A stretch of 42,981 nucleotides of DNA from contig CANQVB010000003.1 in the NCBI GenBank assembly GCA_947627225.1, positions 1 through 42,981 on the forward strand, in the 5' to 3' direction. The DNA comes from an uncultured Bacilli bacterium (GTDB lineage Bacteria > Bacillota_I > Bacilli_A > RF39 > UBA660). The position numbers and the translations under genes were made by a program. Positions 37,349-42,981 of the stretch are shown here, in pieces. The notes beneath the pieces were generated by a model, which saw only the letters and a program-made list of their open reading frames with translations, did not search any database and was not told where the DNA came from. The stretch's first letter is position 1. Every line of letters begins with the position of its first letter.

Positions 37349-38593
37349 ATGATATTAGAATTTAGTATTGCAAATTTTTTATCCTTTAAAGATAAAGTTA
37401 CTTTTAGTATGCTTGCAAATGCTACAAATGGGTTAGATGATAATTATATTCTATCTAATGATCGAAGGGTGTTAAAAACAAATGCAATATATGGTGCAAA
37501 CGCATCGGGTAAAACGAATTTATTCAAAATATTGACGATTGTAATATCGATGTTGAGAAGTTCAAATATGGTTAATATCAATGCAAAATTGCCAATAACG
37601 CCATTTAAGTTCGATAAAAATACAATCAATAAACCAAGTGAATTTGAAATTAAATTTATTGTTGACGATGTACGATATGTTTATGGATTTGTGGCCGATT
37701 CAAATAAAATATATGAGGAATACTTATATTATTATCCAAATGGAAGAGAAACGAAAATTTTTGACAGGACGAATACGAATGATTATTCTTTTCCACAAAA
37801 AGATGAAAAAATATTAAATGACATAGCTTCTAAAAATGCACCCAATAAATTTTTAATTGCTACTGCAACAAATTGGAATTATGAAAAGACAAAAGTTCCC
37901 TATCAATTTTTAAGCGTAGATATTAATACTTTTAATCATTTAAGTGGTCTTAGAGATTTAGCTCTAAAAGAATATTTAAAAAATGATAAAGAGTTAAAAG
38001 ATTTTGCATTAGATTTTTTGAAAAAAGCAGATTTTAATATAGAAGATTATAAAGTCTTGGAAATAGATGTTCCAGATGATGTATTGGCCGCAATACCTGA
38101 TTTTATTAAAGCTGGAATGAATATGAAAGAAAAACCAAAAGTGTTTACTGCATTATTTAAACATAAAGGTTCTGATGTTCAATTATCCTATGAAGAAGAA
38201 TCAATGGGAACTCAAATTATTTTTTGTTTTATTCCATTTATTATGGATGCATTACATAATAAAAAAGTTGTCGTAGTAGATGAATTAGATAAAAGTTTAC
38301 ATCCATATCTGGTTGAAATGATTGTTCAAATGTTTAATGATCCCGAGATAAATAAAAATGGTGCACAATTAATATTTAATACTCACGATACTAATTTATT
38401 AAAACTAAACATTCTAAGAAGAGATCAAATATGGTTCACAGAAAAAGATGATAAGCATGGAATAAGTGATTTATATCCTTTAAGCGATTTTTCTGTGAGA
38501 AAAACGGAGAATGTTGAGAGAGGATATATGCTTGGTAGATATGGAGCTGTTCCTTTTATCAAAAATGATTTTAATCTATGGGAAGAAGAGTAG
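37349..38593 (+). CDS. ABC/AAA_21-type ATPase (RloA/AbiLi-like)
   Basis: NFLSFKD, GANASGKTN Walker A, EESMGT signature, VVDELDKSLHP Walker B, NTHD, RRDQIWF, Y..GRYGAVP. Confidence 0.88.
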   Translation: MILEFSIANFLSFKDKVTFSMLANATNGLDDNYILSNDRRVLKTNAIYGANASGKTNLFKILTIVISMLRSSNMVNINAKLPITPFKFDKNTINKPSEFEIKFIVDDVRYVYGFVADSNKIYEEYLYYYPNGRETKIFDRTNTNDYSFPQKDEKILNDIASKNAPNKFLIATATNWNYEKTKVPYQFLSVDINTFNHLSGLRDLALKEYLKNDKELKDFALDFLKKADFNIEDYKVLEIDVPDDVLAAIPDFIKAGMNMKEKPKVFTALFKHKGSDVQLSYEEESMGTQIIFCFIPFIMDALHNKKVVVVDELDKSLHPYLVEMIVQMFNDPEINKNGAQLIFNTHDTNLLKLNILRRDQIWFTEKDDKHGISDLYPLSDFSVRKTENVERGYMLGRYGAVPFIKNDFNLWEEE

Positions 38594-39216
38594 AACAGAA
38601 TAGAAAAATTAGTAACGATAGAGTAAGAAAAATCAGAAAGCCAAAAAGTAAAATATTAATAGCAACTGAAGGAAAAAATAAAACAGAAAAGACATACTTT
38701 AGTAATTTTGAAGACGGTAAAAAATCATACAATATTACATTTGCTAAAGGAAATAATACGGATCCATTAAAGTTGGTTAAGATGTTAATCAAGGAAATAG
38801 ATAAGTTAAAATTAGATTTGCAAGATGATAATGCAGCATATTGTATTTTTGATACAGATGTCGATCCCATTAAAAATAAAATCATTGAGGAAGCAATTCA
38901 ATTGGCAAAGAAAAATAATATAAAAATTATTACATCATCACCATGTATGGAACTGTGGTTCTTACTACATTATGACTATACAACTGCAAATATGGATAGC
39001 GAAGAAGTAATTAAAAGGTTAAAAAAGTATTATCCAAAATATGAAAAGAATATGAATATTTATCCTGATGTCATTGAAAGAATAGATTTAGCAATTGATC
39101 ATGCCAAAAAATTAGAAAAGTATCAAATTGATAATAAACGAAGAATAGGAACAGTTGAGGCAAATCCTAACACTGAAGTATATAAAATAGTTGAAGATTT
39201 AATGAAAAAAGGCTAG
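38578..39216 (+). CDS. rloB: RloB-like (AbiLii-like) TOPRIM-fold protein
   Basis: IATEG...TE..YF, CIFDTD (DxD), SPCMELWFLLH, NP.T.V; overlaps the ATPase stop. Confidence 0.88.
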   Translation: MGRRVEQNRKISNDRVRKIRKPKSKILIATEGKNKTEKTYFSNFEDGKKSYNITFAKGNNTDPLKLVKMLIKEIDKLKLDLQDDNAAYCIFDTDVDPIKNKIIEEAIQLAKKNNIKIITSSPCMELWFLLHYDYTTANMDSEEVIKRLKKYYPKYEKNMNIYPDVIERIDLAIDHAKKLEKYQIDNKRRIGTVEANPNTEVYKIVEDLMKKG

Positions 39217-39234
39217 GAATAATTCCTAGCTTTT
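39207..39234. terminator. Intrinsic terminator overlapping the rloB stop, likely bidirectional
   Basis: GCTAGGAA-TAA-TTCCTAGC stem with an A-run 5' and a T-run 3'. Confidence 0.8.
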
Positions 39235-39301
39235 GCCATTTAAACGATCTATAACAGAAACAACAAAGTTGAAGGCAGTATAAATATAAGAGAATATGTA
39301 C

Positions 39302-39421
39302 TTAGTGTTTCCTCGATAACACACTTTTCTCTAAGATGGTCTTTAGATTGTCAATGTTTGTATAATGAAAAAAGGAATTTTCGAGATCAATTTGTTTTAT
39401 ATCCATGCAATTATACTGCAT
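39302..39421 (-). pseudogene. 39-codon ORF resembling the N-terminus of DarT/ADP-ribosyltransferase-fold proteins; probably truncated
   Basis: GGAGG-5 nt-ATG; MQYNCMDIKQIDLENSFFHYTNIDNLKTILEKSVLSRKH*; not in the ORF track. Confidence 0.5.
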
Positions 39422-39488
39422 ATTTTCCTCCATTTGTCATCTATCAAATAGGACATAGTTGTCATGCTTATTCGTACGATTCTACAAA

Positions 39489-39517
39489 ATTATATGCTTT
39501 TCCTTTCAAAGAATCAA
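39489..39517 (-). promoter_or_regulatory. Sigma-A-type promoter pointing at the 39-codon ORF
   Basis: TTGATT-17 bp-TATAAT on the minus strand. Confidence 0.5.
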
Positions 39518-39532
39518 AAAATTTGATATGAT
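39504..39532 (+). promoter_or_regulatory. Putative promoter of nusB-xseA-xseB
   Basis: TTTCAA-17 bp-TATGAT with TG extension. Confidence 0.5.
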
Positions 39533-39547
39533 TGAATTGGTGATAAC

Positions 39548-39955
39548 ATGAGAAAAAGAAGTGAACTACGGGAAAGTATTATAAAAATTTTATACCAAGC
39601 TATGATTTATGAAGCTGCAAAACATACTTATGATATTGATGCTTTGATTTTAGAAGAAATAGAAATTGAAAATGCCTTTGTCAGTCAATGTGTAAAGGGA
39701 ATTTTAGAAAAGAAAAAAGAAATTGAACATCTTGCAAACCAATATCTCGTGGATTGGGAGATGAAGCGTCTTTCCAAAGTGGATCAATGTATTTTATCTC
39801 TTGGAATCTATGAGCTCGTTTATCTTGATACACCAAATATTGTTGCCATTAACGAAGCGGTTGAACTTTCTAAGAAGTATAGTGAAGAAAAGGTAACGCA
39901 CATGATTAATGGCGTATTAGATGCGATTTATCATAGTGAAGATAACAAAAGTTAA
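39548..39955 (+). CDS. nusB: Transcription antitermination factor NusB
   Basis: RSELRE...ILYQ, W...RL..VD..IL, AINEAVELSKKY, INGVLD; upstream of xseAB. Confidence 0.95.
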   Translation: MRKRSELRESIIKILYQAMIYEAAKHTYDIDALILEEIEIENAFVSQCVKGILEKKKEIEHLANQYLVDWEMKRLSKVDQCILSLGIYELVYLDTPNIVAINEAVELSKKYSEEKVTHMINGVLDAIYHSEDNKS

Positions 39956-39964
39956 GAGGTTATT

Positions 39965-41233
39965 ATGCGGGAAGAATATATTACTGTCAGTCAATTAAAT
40001 CGTTATATGAGGTATCTCATCGAAACGAATGAGAATTTACAAGACGTGCACTTAAAAGGGGAGATTTCTAACTTTAAAGCGCATACAAGAGGACACTACT
40101 ATTTTACCTTGAAAGATGAAACCTCAAGAATTAGTGCCATTATGTTTGCGTCGCAAGTTTCTAAAATTAAGTTTGTCCCAATGGATGGAATGAAAGTCTT
40201 TGTCTCTGGAAAAGTGAGTGTCTATGAAACAAACGGTGCCTATCAAATTTATGTAAATTCGATGATCGAAGATGGAATTGGGAATTTATATATTGCCTTT
40301 GAACAACGCAAAAAGAAACTGCAGGAAGAAGGGTTGTTTGCTGATGCACATAAGAAAAAAATTCCAAGAATTCCAGAAAGAATTGGTGTTGTGACAGCCC
40401 CAACAGGTGCAGCAATACGAGATATTTTATCGACCATTCGAAGAAGATTTCCTCATGTTGAAGTTTTGCTGTTTCCATCTCTTGTACAAGGTGAGCAGGC
40501 AAAAGAGGATATTGCAAGACAAATTAAGCGTGCAGAAGCTTTTGATTTAGATGTTTTGATTGTTGGAAGAGGAGGAGGAAGTCTTGAAGACTTATGGGCC
40601 TTTAATGAAGAAGAAGTCGCCCGTGCCATTTATGCCTCCAGGGTTCCAATCATCAGTGCTGTAGGTCATGAGGTTGACTTTACCATTGCAGACTTTGTAG
40701 CAGACTTACGTGCTCCAACACCAACCGGTGCTGCTGAACTTGCTGTACCAAACCAAAGCGATGTTAAAAATTATCTGATTCAGTTAGAAATTCGCCTCAA
40801 AAAAGCGATGCTCAATCGTCTAAATGGAAATAAGCAAGCGTTGAAACAACTCTTATCAAGACCCGTTTTCAAACAGCCATTAAGGCTCTATGAAGCTAAG
40901 GAACAACAATTTGACTTGTTGTATGAAAAACTAAAGGATGTCATGTGGCAAAAGATTGGGGCCAAAAAACATCAGCTTGAACTCATCAAGGAATCTTTTC
41001 TATTTAAAATGCCAATGGAACTTTTAGATACCAAAAAACAAAGATATGTATTTGCTTTAGAAAAGTTGGAACTTTTAAATCCAATGCTTACACTAAAACG
41101 TGGCTACACCATTGCGAAAAAGGGTGAAAAAGCAATTACTTCCATTGCGGATGTAGAAGTAAATACTAGTATTCAAATTACATTTCAAGATGGCTATGCC
41201 CTTACAGAAGTAAAAGAAAAATATCAAAATTAA
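39965..41233 (+). CDS. xseA: Exodeoxyribonuclease VII large subunit
   Basis: GEISN, GHYYFTLKD, TGAAIRD, RGGGSLEDLWAFN, SAVGHEVD, RAPTPTGAAE, L.RGY. Confidence 0.97.
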   Translation: MREEYITVSQLNRYMRYLIETNENLQDVHLKGEISNFKAHTRGHYYFTLKDETSRISAIMFASQVSKIKFVPMDGMKVFVSGKVSVYETNGAYQIYVNSMIEDGIGNLYIAFEQRKKKLQEEGLFADAHKKKIPRIPERIGVVTAPTGAAIRDILSTIRRRFPHVEVLLFPSLVQGEQAKEDIARQIKRAEAFDLDVLIVGRGGGSLEDLWAFNEEEVARAIYASRVPIISAVGHEVDFTIADFVADLRAPTPTGAAELAVPNQSDVKNYLIQLEIRLKKAMLNRLNGNKQALKQLLSRPVFKQPLRLYEAKEQQFDLLYEKLKDVMWQKIGAKKHQLELIKESFLFKMPMELLDTKKQRYVFALEKLELLNPMLTLKRGYTIAKKGEKAITSIADVEVNTSIQITFQDGYALTEVKEKYQN

Positions 41234-41247
41234 AGGAGGAAAAAAAG

Positions 41248-41499
41248 ATGGAAAAAAATTTCGAAAAAACAGAAAAAATAGAAAACACATTTGAAGAAAA
41301 CTTAGAAGAACTAGAACAATTGGTTAAAAAATTAGAAAATGGTGATGTTCCACTCGATCACGCCATTGAGGACTTTAACAAAGCCATGAAGCTTGCGAAA
41401 CTTTGTGATGAAAAGTTAAAACAAGCCGAAACGACCCTTTCTAAAATCGTAAAAGAAGATGGGACTATCGAAGAATTTAAAGAAGAAGAAACAAATTAA
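41248..41499 (+). CDS. xseB: Exodeoxyribonuclease VII small subunit
   Basis: FEENLEELEQLVKKLENGDVPLD.AI..F...M.L...C...L..AE. Confidence 0.95.
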   Translation: MEKNFEKTEKIENTFEENLEELEQLVKKLENGDVPLDHAIEDFNKAMKLAKLCDEKLKQAETTLSKIVKEDGTIEEFKEEETN

Positions 41500-41515
41500 T
41501 GGGAGGAGATTTAAA

Positions 41516-42220
41516 ATGGTAGAAGAACAATTGACGCAATTACCTTTCGCTGAAATGCAAAGAAAACGAATCAATAAGAAAGAGGCAAGAGATAAACAGC
41601 TTATCAAAGAGGAAGATTATACAAACTATCAATTGGTAGAAAGTTTATATAGAAAAGTGTTTGAAACCTATTTAAAAACAATTTATCCATTTTACCAGAT
41701 CGATCAAAAATTAGAAGAATCACCCTTAGGATACACCATGGTCGAAACAGAAAACAGAAATTTATATCATAGAACTTCATATCTAGATTCAAACTATATT
41801 TTTCTTAAAAATTTTTACTATGTAGAACGATTAAATGAAGAACAAATCCATGCGTTTTTAGAATTCTTAAAAGACCAAAACGAAAGTCGTTTTCATCGAT
41901 TATTGGAAATCGTAAAAGAAACATTTCCTGATATAGTGAGTGAAAAATCTACGACAGCAAATGGTCCAACGAATGTTTTTTATGGTCCGCCTGTTCCTGG
42001 TTTTTCGTTTTCGAATCAGACGCTTGTTTTTTTGCTAAATTATGGAAAAAACAAAATTCCTTTGGAAGAACAAGATTTTGTTTCCAATAAACAACAAAAG
42101 GAAGATTATGCAAATGAATTGATGCAATCGCTGAAAAATACAATCAGTATGCAACTTGATTATCCTGTAGAAGTAAGGTGTTATAAAGGAAATATTCAAT
42201 ATGAAGGTGAAAATGTATGA
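41516..42220 (+). CDS. Hypothetical soluble protein (234 aa)
   Basis: GGGAGGAG RBS places the start at ATG 41516 rather than 41459; no motif of a named family recognised. Confidence 0.8.
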   Translation: MVEEQLTQLPFAEMQRKRINKKEARDKQLIKEEDYTNYQLVESLYRKVFETYLKTIYPFYQIDQKLEESPLGYTMVETENRNLYHRTSYLDSNYIFLKNFYYVERLNEEQIHAFLEFLKDQNESRFHRLLEIVKETFPDIVSEKSTTANGPTNVFYGPPVPGFSFSNQTLVFLLNYGKNKIPLEEQDFVSNKQQKEDYANELMQSLKNTISMQLDYPVEVRCYKGNIQYEGENV

Positions 42221-42981
42221 AACTAAATCCAATACGACGTATAACAACACAATTTGTAAAAGACATTCCTATCAATTCGAATGTAAAATTAAACAAAAAA
42301 ATTGCTGAAAAAATTGCCCATGAAATTGAAGAAATTCAAACTGACAGTGAAACGGTAGTACCGCAAGGAAATACAGCGGAAACAGAAACAATATCTCTAG
42401 AATCTTCATTTCCGCAATCTCGTTTTCCCGAAGATTTGTATAATTACGGTGTTATTAAAAAAGATACTTATATTTTTAATGGCATCCATGCCCAATCTGG
42501 ACAATATGGAGGAAGCCAAGAGGTTTTTGATTTTGAAAGTAAGAGATTACTCCTAGATTTTCGAATTAGGCAAATCGTACAACATTATTATCCGGAAGCT
42601 ACTCTAGAAGAAACGGAAGCAATCTTATTTGCTCTTTATAATGTTGGATGTGGCTATACGGCAATCATCAATACGATTTTTAAGCAATTCACATGGAAAG
42701 AGGAAGAATTTGAACAAATATTTGGGTTTCCTATGTATACAGTACATCCAAATGGAACGGTTGACTTTAATTATGAATATTTAATTCTAGATCTATTTTG
42801 TTATCGACATATGAAAATAGCCGAACGGAATCCTCTTGGAATAGATTCTCCTATCGATATTATTATCCAACATGCAGAGTCATATAATGAATGGTTGACA
42901 CTTGATATGAGTTATGCTAATGAATGGCTAAAAGAAAAAGGAATTTCGGCAACAGTCACACGAGAAGCTTTTATTGCACCC
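42217..42981 (+). CDS. Hypothetical protein, 3'-truncated by the window (255 codons visible); possible papain-like cysteine protease fold
   Basis: AAGGTG RBS, ATGA overlap with the previous stop, no stop before the window end; MKLNPIRR...QYGGSQ...GCGYTAIINTIF...FEQIFGFPMY...DFNYEYLILD; absent from the ORF track. Confidence 0.8.
   Translation, partial: MKLNPIRRITTQFVKDIPINSNVKLNKKIAEKIAHEIEEIQTDSETVVPQGNTAETETISLESSFPQSRFPEDLYNYGVIKKDTYIFNGIHAQSGQYGGSQEVFDFESKRLLLDFRIRQIVQHYYPEATLEETEAILFALYNVGCGYTAIINTIFKQFTWKEEEFEQIFGFPMYTVHPNGTVDFNYEYLILDLFCYRHMKIAERNPLGIDSPIDIIIQHAESYNEWLTLDMSYANEWLKEKGISATVTREAFIAP

Noticed and set aside
41459-41515. N-terminal extension of the hypothetical gene overlapping xseB
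   Set aside because: A strong GGGAGGAG RBS supports ATG 41516
15-42250. The many 60-120 aa ORFs nested in or antisense to long genes (e.g. 6701-7066, 8433-8720, 27156-27440, 36302-36580, 38571-38885, 40167-40517)
   Set aside because: They overlap well-supported genes, lack RBSs and motifs, and read as shadow frames
1-42981. tRNA/rRNA genes, IS elements, prophage genes, or TGA-to-Trp recoding
   Set aside because: None recognised; TGA terminates several conserved genes at expected positions and Trp is encoded by TGG

Overview
A chromosomal segment from a low-GC Gram-positive bacterium (Bacillota/Bacilli-like). This is inferred from GGAGG-type RBSs, sigma-A-like promoters, a glmS ribozyme, ylbJ/ylbL and TGA used as a stop. 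Bases 1-23.9 kb are a visibly AT-rich cell-surface polysaccharide locus. It opens with a 5'-truncated GT-C-like membrane gene and a frameshifted rmlB remnant. An oppositely oriented 8-gene decoration block follows: GT2, FdtA/QdtA, FdtB/QdtB, GNAT, TagF-like transferase, cytidylyltransferase-oxidoreductase fusion, SDR and a ThDP enzyme. The locus continues with SGNH + AT3 acyltransferase, wzt-wzm, a double GT2, a GT-C-like protein, a bifunctional fucokinase/GDP-fucose pyrophosphorylase (Fkp), a WcaE-like GT2 and a GacI/GacJ/EamA-like lipid-carrier module. After the locus come a compact glmS ribozyme plus glmS, a 1250-aa GH73 autolysin with internal repeats, a PilB/GspE ATPase divergent from two prepilin-like genes, ylbJ/ylbL, and mutS without mutL. 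An AbiL/RloAB-like defence pair, an unannotated 39-codon DarT/ART-like fragment and nusB-xseA-xseB come next. The window ends with a translationally coupled unknown gene pair; the second member is missing from the ORF track, runs off the end, and carries a papain-like GCGY motif. Best candidates for new biology: (i) the ThDP/SDR/CDP-transfer module, (ii) fucose salvage coupled to Gram-positive wall glycosylation, (iii) the terminal protease-like/partner pair, (iv) a minimized glmS ribozyme preceded by an orphan Shine-Dalgarno. All family calls come from motif recognition by eye; no database searches were run.
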